Assembly: GCA_965153355.1 (NCBI GenBank)
Contig: OZ231126.1
Coordinates: 1 to 64,000 of the forward strand
From: Flaccisagitta enflata
Lineage: Eukaryota
Length of the DNA stretch: 64,000 bases
Reading direction: 5' to 3'
Shown: positions 1 to 16,589 of the stretch, piece after piece
Layout of the letters: every line of letters starts with the position of its first letter
Numbering within the stretch: the stretch's first letter is position 1
Made by a program: the position numbers and the translations under genes
The notes under the pieces: generated by a model
Told to the model about the DNA's origin: nothing
Database searches by the model: none
Seen by the model: only the letters and a program-made list of their open reading frames with translations

Positions 1-480
1 TTGTCGCGCGCATGTGGTAGGGGCAGTGATGAAGGTCACTGGGACATTTGGGCAGGAGCAGTGAGCTTAGGATGCCCAAAAACGCCAAAAAAGTAACAAG
101 TCAGCAGTAACCAATGCCCTGCTCACTGCTCGGAGTGATCAGCTGATGAAGTGAAGTGAGAGCAGGGCAGCGGCCCTAAAGAGCTAATGTCCTGTAGGAT
201 ATAGGTGAATTACCTCATGTCCATCCATCCTGAGAGGTCAGATCTTAGGCTTGCGAGGGCAAATTTGAGGCCTCATAGGACATAATTCAGGCCAGAGAGG
301 GCTGAATACAGGCCTGGGAGGGCTTACAAAGAGTCTGAGAGGGCTAATTTTGTGCTAAAGAGGGTTGATTTTGGGTGTAAGAAGGCTGGTTTTAGATCTG
401 AGAGCCAATTTTGGACCCGAGAGAGGTGATTTTAGATATGAGAGGGTTGATTTGAGTCTCTTAGGACTGATTTCAGACCT

Positions 481-1198
481 GAACAGGTCGCCCAATGGCA
501 ATATGTGGTCAGCAATATCCGTTGCCCTGCTTTGAGGGATTGTGAATTGGAGTGAGGGGAAGCAAGGCAGCGGCCTCGAACGAGATGAAGTCCTGTAGAA
601 CACAGGGGGACTTTCGTTCATCCAGCCTGAAGAAGTGGATGAGATGCTATAGAGGGCTGACTGAAGGCCTTCAAAAGCCTGAGAATGTCAATCTAAAGCT
701 TCGGACGGCCGACTTGAGGCTGAAGAGAGCTAGATTTAGGCTTGAAAGTTCAGAGGATTGATTTGAAGCCTGAGAGCAATAAATTGAGGCTTAGATGGCT
801 AATTTGAGGCCTTAGAGGCCTAGTTTGAGGCCTTAGAGGCCAGGTTTGAGGCCTTAGAGGCCAGGTTTGAGGCCTGAGAATTTGGATTTGAGGCCTGAGA
901 AGCCTAATTTGAGGCCTGAGAAGCCTAATTTGAGCCTAGTTTGAGGCCTGGGAGGCAGGATTTGAGGCCTGAGAGGCAGGATTTGAGGCCTGAGAGGCTG
1001 AATTTGAGGCCTGAGAGGCTGATTTTGAGGCCTGAGAGGCCAGATTTTAGGTCACAGAGGCCAGATTTTAGGTCAAAGAGGCCAGATTTGAGGCCTGATG
1101 AGGGGGGGGGGGACGAATGGACAAACAAATGAACGGACAAACAAAAGTCCCCCTGTGTTCTACAGGACTTCGTCCCCTTAGGGGCCGCTGCCCAGAAA
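481..1198 (-). mobile_element. HINE-like element, family D, with internal 21-bp tandem array
   Basis: GGCAGCGGCC..GAAGTCCTGTAGAACACAGGGGGAC (566-611) is inverted at 1147-1193; GATTTGAGGCCTGAGAGGC repeats lie between. Nested in an older relative (~100-1260); similar to 28820-29406. Confidence 0.6.
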
Positions 1199-4130
1199 GC
1201 CAGATTTGGGCCTGAGAGGCATCGAGGGGGAGGCGTACATAGGGATGGACAGACAGACAGACTGAAAATAAAAGCTTCCATGATTTTGAGCATCTTTGCA
1301 TATTTCTGAAAATAACATCAACTTTAAAAGATGGTTGCTCCTAAACAAAAAGAGCAAATTATGTCAATTTGAACAAATTTTAAGGCCCAAGTTGAGGTCT
1401 TTAGCTCTATTTGTTTGAGAGATACACGCTCTTTAAGTTGTGCTTGTGCTCGTTTTCTAAAGCTTTGTCAATTTTTAAAAAAAGCCCAAGTTTAGATCAT
1501 TTGCTCAATTTGTCTCAGAGATACAAACTCTCAAACTAGCAAGGGTCTTTGCCATTTTTCTGAAAATAACATCAACTTTGGAAGACTGTTGCTCCTAAAC
1601 GAATGGAGCAAATGACCTCAATTTGGGCTCATTTTAAAAAGCAGACAAACTTCTTTAAAATGAGTCCAAATTGAGGTCATTTGCTCAATTGGTTTAAGAG
1701 ATAAAGGCTTTAGAAGTTACCTTATCTAGTGGAAATTGCATTATGTGGCCTGTACTTACAACCTATGACAAAAGGGGTGTTGGAAGAAAAGTTTGCAAAC
1801 GAATTTTTTTGCCCGTATTTTATCGGAAATCTCCACGCAGTTACTGGGCATGGGGAAGTGGTTGTGAAAGGTGTCTCTGCCGTAAATCTTTTACCAGATG
1901 GATTAACAGGGTGAAATATTTCTGTTTTTCTTCTTTCAATCGGACTCAGCGACTTGAATATGTAATCATGCAGAAAACATAATCAACTGGCAAAGTCACA
2001 ATTGTTGTTGTTACGCTGAAAACGCGATTAAGTCACAATTGTTGTTGTCACTGCAAACAAGCCCTCAGACTCAGTAAATCGAATATGTGTTCACGCTGAA
2101 AACGCGATTAAGTGGCAAAGTCGCGATTGATGTTATCACTGCATACAAGCCCTCAGACGCAGCGAATTGAGTATGTGTTCACGCTGAGAAACCCGAAAAT
2201 GCGATTAACTCGCAAAGTCGCGATAGTCGTTTTCACTGGGAACACACCCTTATCTTTTGGTAACTAGTTCACCTTGAGGTGATTTGTCAATTGTAACTAA
2301 ATAGCTTATCTTTTGGTAACTAGTTCATCCTGAGGTGATTTGTCAATTGTAACTATTGGAACTACTACAGAAATTTTTAGTCGCGTGCTATGCGACTCTA
2401 CAACCCGCTTTGTCGGCCAGTCCGTCCGTCGGTTGGTCCGTCCGTTGGTCCGTTGGGGTTGACATAGGATTTTTGAGAGAGTTGTTTCAGGATGAAGAGA
2501 GTTTGAGTTTCTTACTATCTTTGGTATATGAGGAGTATAAGAAGGTGCCAACATGGATATTAGCCCACTATAAAGACACGCTTTTTCATGGTGAGGCTCT
2601 CTATCCAAGGAATCTGGCTCAAAATCATGTATATAGATAGTCCATCACAAAAATTTGACCTTGGGGCTTCTCTAAAGTGTGCCCGCCACACCCCTCCTAA
2701 TGCATAAGTGGTGGTGTTGTTTTTTTGATATTGTCATATATTACTCATCTTTGTAAACTTATATCTCCTAAACGAATAAAGCTAGTGACCTCAATTTGGG
2801 CTCATTTTAAAGAGCTTTACTTACTCTTTAAAATGAGCCCAAGTGGAGATCATCAGCTGTATTCATTTAGAAGCAGTTTTCTTCCAAAGTTGATGCCTTT
2901 TTGGAGAAAATATTGATTTTTGTCACAACTTTGCAAGCTTGTATCTCCCAAACAAATAAAGCTACTGACCTCAACTTGGGCTAATTTTGAAGAGCTTTTA
3001 TTACTTTTTAAAATGAGCCCAAGTTAAGGTCTTTATCTTCATTTGTTAAGAAGCAGTCGTCTTACAAAGCTGATGTCTTCATGAAGAAAAAAGTAATTTT
3101 GTCATTAAACTTAGATTTTATACATTTTTTTACGCCATTATAGTCAGGTGATACACTGGCTCATTGGTTACTGCCTTTTACTGTGGGGGTAGAAGAACCG
3201 ATGGATAATGTGGGTTTGGGACCCACAGAGGGCCATTCAAGGAGCCCACATGGCCTCAATAATGGTAAAAATGAACTCAATACTGAAAAAAATGCTTTAT
3301 CTATGCGTGGGGGTATCCTAGTGGTACACTGACTCACTGGTAATTTCTATCTAGTGTGGCAAGAGATGAAGAAATGGTTAACAGAGGGTTAGAACCCCTT
3401 GGGGGACCTTTGAAAGGCCCTTTAGGGCTCAAAAATAGCCAAAATTGTTCCAAGATGGAAAAAATACTTACTTTTCTGCATTGAAGCACCCTAGTAGTTG
3501 TCTTGACTCATCAGTCATTCCTATCTTGTGTAGTGGGATATGAACAGGTTTATTACAGAAAATCAAGACCCTGGGGGCCTCCTTAAGGACCCCAAAGGGC
3601 CCCAAAATAGTAGAATATCATCTTATGTTCTTTTTTGGGCAGCGGCCCCAAAGGGGTCAATGACCTCTGCTTTCACACATACTGAGGTCCAAATCCCACT
3701 CTTGAGGCCCAAATCCCACTTTCAAATCCCAAATCCCAACTCAAAGGCCCAGATTCCAATCTCTAGGGATGTACACGCTATACGGGAATTACTGATGAGT
3801 TGAACTATTTCTGGGGTGCTTCAAAGCAGAAAAGTAAGTATTTTTCAATCTTTGAGCCATTTTCCCGTTTTTGAGCCCTAAAGGGCTCTTCAAAGGGCCC
3901 ATAGGGGTCCTAACCCTCTATTAACCATCTCTTCATCTCCTGCCACACTAGATGGAAATAATTGATAAGTCAGTGTACCACTGGGATACCTCAAGGCTGA
4001 AAAAAAGAGAATTTTTTTCAGTATTGGGGGCATTTTTACCATTTTTGAAGCTATGTGGGCTCTTTAGGGGCCCACTATGGGTCTCAAACCCCTATTATCT
4101 ATCAAATAGACTACCCTAGTAAGCGGCAAT

Positions 4131-4608
4131 CAAGGCCGGGCGATTCGTATTGGGTATTGTATTGTCTTTACAATACTTGTTAGTATTGGGTTTACCCAAT
4201 ATTCACTATGAGTATTGTTATTTTCCCAATACAATACAATACAAAAAATTTTTTTTCAGAAAAAGTAATATATTAAATAAGAAGATTGATCAAGAAAAAA
4301 AATGAAAGAGGGATGTGATGGAGAAAAAGAATTGATGAAACAAAGGTCAAGTTTACTAGTGAAAAATAAAAGTAGGGAAAGACAAATATAGGTATGGTGA
4401 GGAAGAAGAGGATAAGATTGGATGGATGAGGAAGATGAGGAGTGTTTGATTTTTCAAAAAGTGCAGATGAAAAAATGGTGAAGAAGAAGTGGTGAAGAAG
4501 AGGAGGATAAAGCTTAGAGGATGAGGAGGATAAGGATAAATTAATTTTCCCTTAGATATAATCCTTCAGATCTAATCCTGGGTCAGTACACTCAAGGGAG
4601 AGAAAAAA

Positions 4609-4702
<94 letters not shown>

Positions 4703-4788
4703 ACACACACACACACAAAGAGAGAGAGAAAGAGAAAAAAAGAAACTAAAGAGAGACAGACAAACAGAAACAAACACACACACACACA

Positions 4789-4862
<74 letters not shown>

Positions 4863-5059
4863 GATCAACTACAAAAACTATCTTTTTATTCAAGATACAA
4901 CAAAAATTTTAAATTAGATGAATAAAAGTATTGTTATATATTGGGTACAATTTTTCAAGGTATTGTATTGTATTGGTATTGTATTGTATTGGCCCAATAC
5001 TTTCAAAAATTGTATAGTGTATTGTATTGTTGTAGAAAATGCAAAATCGCCCGGGCTTG
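4131..5059. mobile_element. hAT-like MITE nested in the foldback
   Basis: TIR CAAGGCCGGGCGATT / AATCGCCCGGGCTTG (1 mismatch); 8-bp TSD GCGGCAAT on both sides; subterminal (TATTG)n. Confidence 0.88.
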
Positions 5060-5110
5060 GCGGCAATTACCAATGAGCCAGTGCATTACATGACTATAAT
5101 AGGGTAGAAA

Positions 5111-5457
5111 AAAACAAGGCCAACACTTATAAGTCGCGTGCGGGACATAAATAGCATAAGATGACTTAAATTGACTTTAAATGACTCAAGGTGACCTGAG
5201 ATGACTTAAAATGACTTAAAATGACTTTAATGGCCATATTGACCTTATTGACTTAAGTGACTTAATGTGACTCAATATAACTTAAAATGACTTAGAATGA
5301 CTTGTAATGGCATTTGGGTAGGAGCTGTAAGCCCAAAAACCTTAAAAACGCCAAAAAAGTAAAAAGGGGACCAACCAACCAACCGGCCGACCAACCGATC
5401 GACCGACCAACCGACCGACGAAGCGGGGTGTAGAGTCGCGTAGCACGCGACTAAAAA
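5111..5457 (-). mobile_element. HINE-like element, family A, with a GACTTAA-type internal array
   Basis: AAACAAGGCC..AGTCGCGTG....(GACC)n..AGTCGCGTAGCACGCGACTAAAAA; a close relative lies on + at ~34225-34620. Confidence 0.75.
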
Positions 5458-6269
5458 CAAGTTATAGAATTTTAGTTTAATGAGGAGAATTACTATTTTG
5501 AAGACATCAGCTTTGTAAGACAACTGCTTCTTAACAAAGAAAGTTACAGACCTCAACTTGGGCTCATTTTAAAGAGTAAGTAAAGCTGTCCATAATGAGC
5601 CCAAGTTGAGGTCAGTAGCTTTATTCGTTTAGGAGATAATAGCTTACAAAGTTGTGACAAAAATCAATAATTTCTTCAAAAAGACATCAACTTTGGAAGA
5701 CAACTGCTCCTAAACGAATAAAGCTAATGATCTCAACTTGGGCTCATTTTAAAGAGTAAGTAAAGCTCTTTAAAATGAGCCCAAATTGAGGTCACTAGCT
5801 TTATTCGTTTAGGAGATATAAGCTTACAAAGATGAGTAAAATATGACAATGTGAAAAAAACAACACCACCACTTATGCATTAGGAGGGGTGTGGCGGGCA
5901 CACTTTAGAGAAGCCCCAGGGTCAAACTTTTGTGATGGACTATCTATATACATGATTTTGAGCCAGATTCCTTGGATAGAGAGCCTCACCATGAAAAGGC
6001 GTGTTTTTATAGTGGGCTAATGGATATGGTTTCTTTCGTGCCGCCATATTTATCAAGTGTTTTCTTGTGGTCTGCATATCTCATGTGTAGAATGAAATTG
6101 ATTACCCTTTTCTAAATGTTGCATAACTTTTGACAAGTCCTATGATAATTTCTGAAGAGGGAATGTTTTTTTCAGAAATTTAAAGGATAGTTGTGATGGG
6201 TCCGGATTAAACAACAGTAAGAGCTCCAAAGGCTCTTGTCCTTATTTCAGATATTGTTGAGTGGTAATG

Positions 6270-6720
6270 TGTTAACGCTGAGAATGCGATTAACAGGCGA
6301 AGTTACAACTATTGTTTTAACTAGAAACACACCTTCAGACTCAGCAAATCTAGTATGTGCTTATGCTGAGAAAGTGATTAACAGGCAAAGACGAAATTGT
6401 CATTGTCACTGGAAAGTGGAAACGCATCCTCAAACTCAGCAAATTGAATATGTGTTCACGCTGAAAACGCGATTAAATGGCGAAGTCGGGATTGTCATTG
6501 TCACTGGAAAGTGGAAACGCGTCCTCAGACTCAGCAAATTGAATGCGTTCACGCTGAAAACGTGATTAACTGGCAAAGTCGGGATTGTCGTTGTCACTGG
6601 AAACGCGTCCTCAAACTCAGCAAATTGAATGTGTTCACGCTGAAAACGCGATTAACTGGCAAAGACGAAATTGTCATTGTCACTGGAAAGTAGAAACGCA
6701 TCCTCAAACTCAGCAAATCG
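6270..6720 (+). repeat. About 80-85-bp tandem repeat; related array at ~1945-2250
   Basis: CACGCTGAAAACGCGATTAACTGGCAAAG..GTCACTGGAAA..CTCAGCAAATTGAAT units in the same orientation on both sides of the 2561-6019 element. Confidence 0.8.
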
Positions 6721-7219
6721 AAATGGGACCACCTTGATTGTCATGTACGAGAGAAAGGGAATTCTCTTTTTGCTCGGAGAGGGTGCGTTCACCCTGTAAA
6801 AGATCTGATTTAGCTAAGGGACGTAATCAAAAACGCCCCATTTGGTGATTTGTTTGTCGTTTTAAATACTTCTACCTCCAACCATATCTACAAACTATCT
6901 TGCAAAATAAAAGGCCCAGTCGTGCAGATCGCCAAACGCTTGCATGGCGGACAGACCAAAGCCAAAGGACATGATCGGTTACAGAGGTGCGTTGGCGCAT
7001 CTATAAAGAGTAAATCAGCAAAACAAAAATTATTTGATAATCATTTTGAGCGTAAGGAACAAACTTTTGGTTTGTTTGATGACATAAAGTTTTGACTGAA
7101 AAGTTTTACTGTTTTTTAAGGTGCATTAGTGCAAATCTTATCTCACCAAACAAAATTTCTATTTGTATGCGCACTTTTTTGTAAGATGGTAGATTTACTG
7201 AATAAACTTAATTTACTCA

Positions 7220-9627
<2,408 letters not shown>

Positions 9628-10529
9628 TCACCTCCAGTCCAAACTCTGATTTCTGGCTTTAATCAATCACTGCTGAGAAAGTACAAGAATAGAATTGAAA
9701 ATAAAGAAAATGAAAGAAAAAAAAAAGGAAAAAAAAATAAAAAAGAGAAAAGCCTAAAAAGAAAGTTTGTAAGAAAGAAAGGAAAAAGAAAGAAAGAAAG
9801 AAAAAAAGCAAGAACAAGCCCAACTGGGCAACAGTCGTGTGCTTTGTTTTATGATTTATTACATCATTACAAAAACACTTTATTGCTTTTCAAAATGAAC
9901 TTAGAAATGACTAAAAATAACTAATTGGTACGGTCGAAATTCAATGATGATACTTATGGACTTGCGGACGGACTTACAGATGGACAGACAAACGCACTGA
10001 TGGATGGACCGAAAGACGAGGGTGTGGAGTCGCGTGCAAAAAAAAAAAAAGCGAAATAAGAAAGACATTAGGAAAGAAAGGAAGAAGAAAGAACGGGAAA
10101 AGACAGAGAGTAAAAAGAAAGAAAGGAAAAAGAAAGAAAGGAAAAAGAAAGAAAAGTATTGTTGCTGCGGAATTCTAGATGGTTGATTTCTATCAATCCC
10201 CGGAAAAGAACGGTATACTTTTTGATTAGTTTCCTACAAGTTTGGATATTTCATTTTCTCAGCCCTCTTTTTTTTAACTTTTTTTCTCGATCTTTGCTCT
10301 TTTCTTTTTCAACTACTGTTTTTCAAATATTATACTTTTTTCGTTGATAGATTAAAAAAAAAGTAAATCGTCTTGTTCATTCATTCATTCATTCATTCAT
10401 TCATTCATTCATTCATTCATTCATTCATTCATTCATTCATTCATTCATTCTCGATCTGTCCCTCTTTCTCTCTGGTTGTTAGTCAGTCCGTCTGTCTCAA
10501 TGGTTAAAGGTTTGTCTGTCTGTCTGTCA

Positions 10530-10641
<112 letters not shown>

Positions 10642-10834
10642 GCGACGAATCCTTGATATCATTATCTGCTCGATCATGAGAACTATCTTATTCCGTGTCC
10701 GTTTTCCCATGGATGCATCTATTGTCTTCGTCTTTGTCATTGTCTTCGTCTTTGTCATTGTCTTCGTCTTTACCTTTTTATCTTCGATTTTCACTTTTGT
10801 CTTTGACTCTCTCTCTCTTTCGAGATCGTCAATG

Positions 10835-11270
10835 TACTGCCTCTCTTCTCCCACACTTCTCATGATCTCATACTGTTCTCTTCTCCCAAACTTCTCTTAC
10901 TGCCTCTCTTCCTCCACACTTCTCTCACTGTTCTCTTCTAAACTTCTCTTACTGCCTCTCTTCTCCCAAACTTCTCTTACTGCCTCTCTTCTTCCACACT
11001 TCTCTTACTGCCTCTCTTCTTCCACACTTCTCTTACTGTTCTCTTCTCCCAAACTTCTCTTACCGTTCTCTTCTCCCAAACTTCTCTTACTGCCTCTCTT
11101 CTCCCAAACTTCTCTTACTGCCTCTCTTCTTCCACACTTCTCTTACTGCCTCTCTTCTTCCACACTTCTCTTACTGTTCTCTTCTCCCAAACTTCTCTTA
11201 CCGTTCTCTTCTCCCAAACTTCTCTTACTGCCTCTCTTCTTCCACACTTCTCTATTCACTTCTTCCACAC
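10835..11270 (+). repeat. Composite 25-31-bp pyrimidine-rich minisatellite (copy B 54527-54935)
   Basis: Alternating TTCTCTTACTGCCTCTCTTCT(TCCACAC/CCCAAAC) units. Confidence 0.9.
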
Positions 11271-11382
11271 GGTTGTCTTTTGCTATTCTTTAGATGCTCA
11301 CGCCTAATTTAGCCAATCCAGCTCATAATTCTTCCCACACGGTCAATTTCCAAACCGCCCCTCGATTTTCGTATGCAGCCAC

Positions 11383-11536
<154 letters not shown>

Positions 11537-11650
11537 CTCACGGACCAACTTCATAAAAACCATGACTTCCTCTTCATGCATCCATTCGAACCAACATAAT
11601 GGTCCATAATGGTTTTGTAACAATCATTTAAACAAATTACAAACACTGAA

Positions 11651-11745
<95 letters not shown>

Positions 11746-12098
11746 ACACACATACACACACATTTTGCTAAAGTTTTTTGTAAGATACTTTTTGTTGCAC
11801 ATTTCATACATAAACAAACTCACACCAGAATATACGTGCACAATCAATAAAATGCAACGAAATGAAAATTGGACCAAGCTAAAACTCTACTCAGTTTTTT
11901 TTTTAAGATACAAAAACCAAAACGAAAAAAAGAAAAAGAATTGAAAAAAAATCTTCAATCATTGAATTTCCTAAATGAAAGAAAAACAACCGCAAAAAAA
12001 GAAATAACAAAGGAAAAAAATCATGAACGATGAAAATTGAAAGTGTCAGTGAAAGAAACTATTTCTTCAAATCGAATTGTGAAAACTCACGTTTGAGG

Positions 12099-12419
12099 TT
12101 TTTTAGTCGCGTGCTACGCGACTCCACACCCCGCTTTGTCGGTCCGTCGGTCTGTTGGTCCGTCAGTCCGTCCATCCGTTGGTCCGTCCGTCCGTCCGTC
12201 CGTCCGTCCGTCCGTCCGTCCGTCCGTCCGTCCGTCCGTCCGTCCGTCCGTCCGTCCGTCCGTCCGTCCGTCCGTCCATCCATCCGTCACATTTTTACTT
12301 TTTTTAGGTTTTCGCGGTCTATGGCCTCACTGCTCCTGCCCAAGTGATCAAGTGACCTCAAATATGGCCCCTGCCCACCCGCAAGCGACTGGGGTAGCCG
12401 TGTATCCGGCCTTGTTTTT
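12099..12419 (+). mobile_element. Full-length HINE/DINE-1-like element, family A (orthologous copy ~55655-55930)
   Basis: T-run, 5' hairpin AGTCGCGT-GCT-ACGCGACT, (GTCC)n microsatellite, 3' subTIR GCAAGCGACT, 3' hairpin GCCG-TGTATC-CGGC, CTTGTTTT. Other copies or fragments at 1-96, 2374-2460, 20334-20540, 33785-33900, 38188-38697, 47668-47846, 56729-56800, 63917-64000. Confidence 0.8.
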
Positions 12420-12644
12420 TCTTTTCTAGACTACTGAAAACTTGAATAAATGGGCTGTTTAAAAAATCGTCAACAGTCAGTTTTTTTAATTTCATTTTAT
12501 TAAAATCAATAATAGCACCCGAAATGATACTAGTAACTACGTTGGTCCAGTACATTATAATTTGAAAGACATTCTTTTTACAACTAGGATTTTTTACGAC
12601 AAGGAAACATATAAGTCACAAATGTACGAAAGGATGTTAAATGG

Positions 12645-13378
12645 GGGCATCCTCTGAATCATGAAATTCGTGCTTAAGTTAGAATTTTTTCCACTGAAGC
12701 ACACCCTAGTGCTTCAGTGGAATGAAGAATAACTAGTGCCATTTGCAATTCGAGCTTCAGTGGAATTGGAAGTAACTTATTTTGTCACAATAGAAAAGAT
12801 AGAGAAAGTTTAATGCTTATTTGAAGGAATCAAGAAATCCCCTCTTTTCTTTCCATCTCTCTCTATGTCTCCTCCATTTCTTTTCATCTCTCCTTTTTTG
12901 TCCTTGAAAATTTTGATATCTAAAAGAAAACATTTTTTTACATTTGCTTAGTTTTCATTATTTTGAGAAAAATAATGGCATGTAAGAAAACTTATTTTCC
13001 TTAAAAAAAAAATTGAGGAAGAATGAGTTTAGGAAAAGATTTTATGATAAGAGGAAGAAAAATTGAAATAAAAAAAATGTTAACATATTCATAGAAGATA
13101 CTTTAAAAAAAAAGGAAAAAAAAAAAAATTCTGAATTAAAAGAAATCAAATAAGTTTCTTAATCTACAGAAATATTTGCAACCAATCAAAAAAAACCTTA
13201 ATAACTTCTCAATTTATTGAAAGATGAAAAATGATCAATTGCAGTATAAAAAGATGTCAAGAGTCAATCCACTGAAGCACGAATTCTAATTCCACTGAAG
13301 CACGAGGTCGTGCTTCAGTGGAATGGGCCTTAACTGGCCTAATTTCCAGCCCAGTTTTCGTGATTCAATGGATAGGCC
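12645..13378. mobile_element. TIR element with a 9-bp (or 8-bp) TSD, present only in copy A
   Basis: GTTAAATGG duplicated at 12636-12644 and 13379-13387. Imperfect TIR GGGCATCCTCTGAATCATGAAA / TTTCGTGATTCAATGGATAGGCC. Internal hairpins TTCCACTGAAGCAC-n-GTGCTTCAGTGGAA near both ends. Copy B shows the empty site. Confidence 0.85.
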
Positions 13379-13597
13379 GTTAAATGGAACATTCACCCAA
13401 CAACATTTTTTTTTCAAAACAGATTGACCCAGCTCTATAAAAGCCCAAGTCGTTTTTCTATTGCCTATGTACCTGTATTCTAAACTGGAAGAAAAACAGA
13501 TAAATAGCATCTTTAAGGTCGTTATGGGAAACCTGACTACACCGCAAATTCAGAGTGATTTCGAACAAATCGACGTTTTACTTTCTTGAAAGTGTCT

Positions 13598-15200
13598 ATT
13601 CATTCATTCATTCATTCATTCATTCATTCTTTCATTCATTGATTCATTGATTCATTCATTCATTCATTCATTCATTCATTCATTCATTCATTCATTCATT
13701 CATTCATTCATACATTCATACATTCATACATTCATTCATTCATTCATTCATTCATTCATTCATTCATTTATTCATTTATTCATTCATTCATTCATTTATT
13801 CATTCATTTATTCACTCATTTTCTCTTTCATTCATTCATTCATTCATTTATTCATTCATTCATTCATTCATTCATTCATTCATTCATTCATTCATTCATT
13901 CACTCATTTAGTCATTCATTCATTCATTCATTCATTCATTCATTCATTCATTCATTCATTCATTCATTCATTCATTCACTCATTGATTCACTCATCCATT
14001 TATTCATTCATTTATTCATTCATTCATTCAGTCATTCATTCATTTTTCATTCATTAATTCCTGCTAAAGCGTCGGAGATCTACTGATAAGTGCTACGGGG
14101 TATTTAATGTGTTAAGATCCTCAACAACAGACCAACCGACCGATCCACAATAAACAATAGATTTAAAAGAGTCCGTTTCACGGTAATAAAAGAGGTCAAA
14201 ATGTCAATAATCTATTTTGTATTCACGGATGATAAAAACCATAAATTCGTTATTTTTACTTCAAAATTCTTATCTTATCAGAAGTCTGAAAAAAAACTGT
14301 GGTACATATTTCTTTTTCGCCCTTCTTTTTCTTCTCTCTTGATCATATTGTTGATATTCTTCTTGATCTTCTTGTTTTTCTTTTTCTTGTTATTCTTCTT
14401 GTTCTTATTGTTCTTCTTGTTCTTCTTATTCTTCTTCTACACCTTCTTCCTCTTCTAGTTTATTTCTTCTTTTTCTTGTCTGCCTTCTTTTTCTTCTTCT
14501 TCTTCTCTTTCTTCTTCTTCTTCTTCTTTTTCTTCACTTCCTTCTTTTTCTTCTCCTTTTTAAATCTACTTTTCTACTTTGATAATTTTAGATATTTGTA
14601 ATCTCTTTTGTATGGTACCTTTATTGCTTTTTTTTTTATTTTCTTCTTCTTCTTCATCTTCTTCTTTTTCTTCTTCTTCTTCTTCTTCTTCTTCTTCTTC
14701 TTCTTCTTCTTGTTCTTTTTCTTTTTCTTTTTCTTTTTCTTTTTCTTTTTCTTTTTCTTCTTCTTCTGCTTCTGCTTCTGCTTCTCATTATTTTCACTTT
14801 TGTATGGTACCTTTATTACTTTTTTTCTCATTATTTTCTTCTTCTTCTTCTTCTTCATCTTCTTTTCTTTTTTTTCTTTTCTTTTCTTTCTTTTTCTTTT
14901 TCTTTTTCTTTCTTTCTTTTCTTTTCTTTTCTTTTTCTTTTTTTTCTTTTCTTTTTCTTTTCTTTTTCTTTTTTGCTTGCTTCTTTCTTCTTCTTCTTCT
15001 TCTTCTTCTTCTTCTTCTTCTTCTTCTTCTTCTTTCTTCTTCTTTTCTTCTGCTTCTTCTTCTTTCTTCTTCTTCTTCTTCTTCTTCTTTCTTCTTCTCT
15101 TCTTCTTCTTCTTCTTCTTCTTCTTCTTCTTCCTCCTCTTCTTCTTCATCTTCTTTTACATCTTCCTTTTCTTCTTTCATCTTCTTCTTCTTCTTCTTTT
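13598..15200 (+). repeat. (TTCA)n and (TTC)n microsatellites (copy B 57255-58500)
   Basis: Directly visible. Confidence 0.95.
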
Positions 15201-15404
15201 TTCTTATCTTCCCCCCAGTAAGATTATTTCCGTCTTTAACTTGTCAGATGGCGTTACCCTGAGGCTTTCTTTTTTTCAGGTTTGAAGCTTTCTTTTTTTT
15301 TTTAAATCGATAATTTCATCTTTTCTGTTTCTGAAATATCACTTGAAAAATATTCCTGTTGCTCCAAAAGGAAAAGAAATTGTCTGTCTGACTGTCTGTC
15401 TGAC

Positions 15405-15452
<48 letters not shown>

Positions 15453-15972
15453 CGTATCTCTTTCCATCTCTCTCTCTCTCTCTCTCTCAGCATGACCCCG
15501 CCGGCTTAGTTTGAGAGCTTTAGATCGTTGATGATAATCTGTGAAAGAGTATATACACACTCACATTTTTTCTTTTGTCGAAGTCCACTAACAATAATCA
15601 TCTGTCTGTCTGTCTGTCTATTTGTCTCGTTTCTGTCTAGTGTCCGCTGATCTCGCTATCTCTATCGTTTCTGACTTCACACTGTTACTTTTCTATATTT
15701 TGTCACATTTTGAGCCTCAACTTCCATGCCTCTTTCCGTGTCTTCATGTCTTCCTGTACCAGTCTCTTTTCATCTTTATTTGTAGCCGACTGTCAGTCTG
15801 AGGCTCTCGCTGTTGGTCAGTGTCTGTCTGTCACCTGTATGTCGGTCTATCAAGTAATCTCTTTGTGTCTATCTTACAGTGTTTTTTCTTTCTCTTTTCC
15901 TATCTCTTTACCTCACTCTGTCTGTCTGCCTATCTGTCTGTCTGTCTGTCTCTGTCTCTGTCTCTGTCTCTG

Positions 15973-16027
<55 letters not shown>

Positions 16028-16589
16028 CTCTCTCTCTCCTATTCTTTTTGTTGTACCCCGCCCGAGGGTCATTTGGGAACAACAGACCTTCAAACGGAAG
16101 TTTTCTTCAATTTAGCCCAAAGAAAAAACGAAATCCAAATTTTGCGTTTTTCCCGCTGGTTTTTTTATCCGAATCTGGTTCAATTCTGGTAATTAAATTT
16201 TACTGAAACAATAAGAATGATATGAAATCCCTCCCTGAAGCCATTTATATCATCCCTGAAATAAATGTAAAGCCCATAGTCAGCATAATTGTCCAATATT
16301 TCAACCCTATGAACATCTAATCGTAATGATGAAATTGGTTTTCGGATATGATTACCGTAGACGGCAATTTTTCCAACAGACGGTATTCAAGTATTTCACT
16401 GAAATTCTTTTTTTTTTCTCTCTTTCTTTATTTCAGAGCTACAGATGCGTCCAAATGAAATAAAGGCATAAATGATGAATCATGATCTACGCGAAGAAAA
16501 TCTACATCCCATTAATAAACAGCTCATCCATAAACATTGATAGACAATGCCAATATTCTTAGCCGACCGTATGGCATCAACTGTACACT

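Larger units (their letters stand above)
2561..6019. mobile_element. 3.46-kb non-autonomous foldback/TIR element, hAT-like ends
   Basis: Starts TAGCCCACTATAAA and ends TTTATAGTGGGCTA. Inverted arms of over 500 bp contain ~120-bp subrepeats. Perfect 8-bp TSD ATGGATAT (2553-2560, 6020-6027). Confidence 0.9.
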
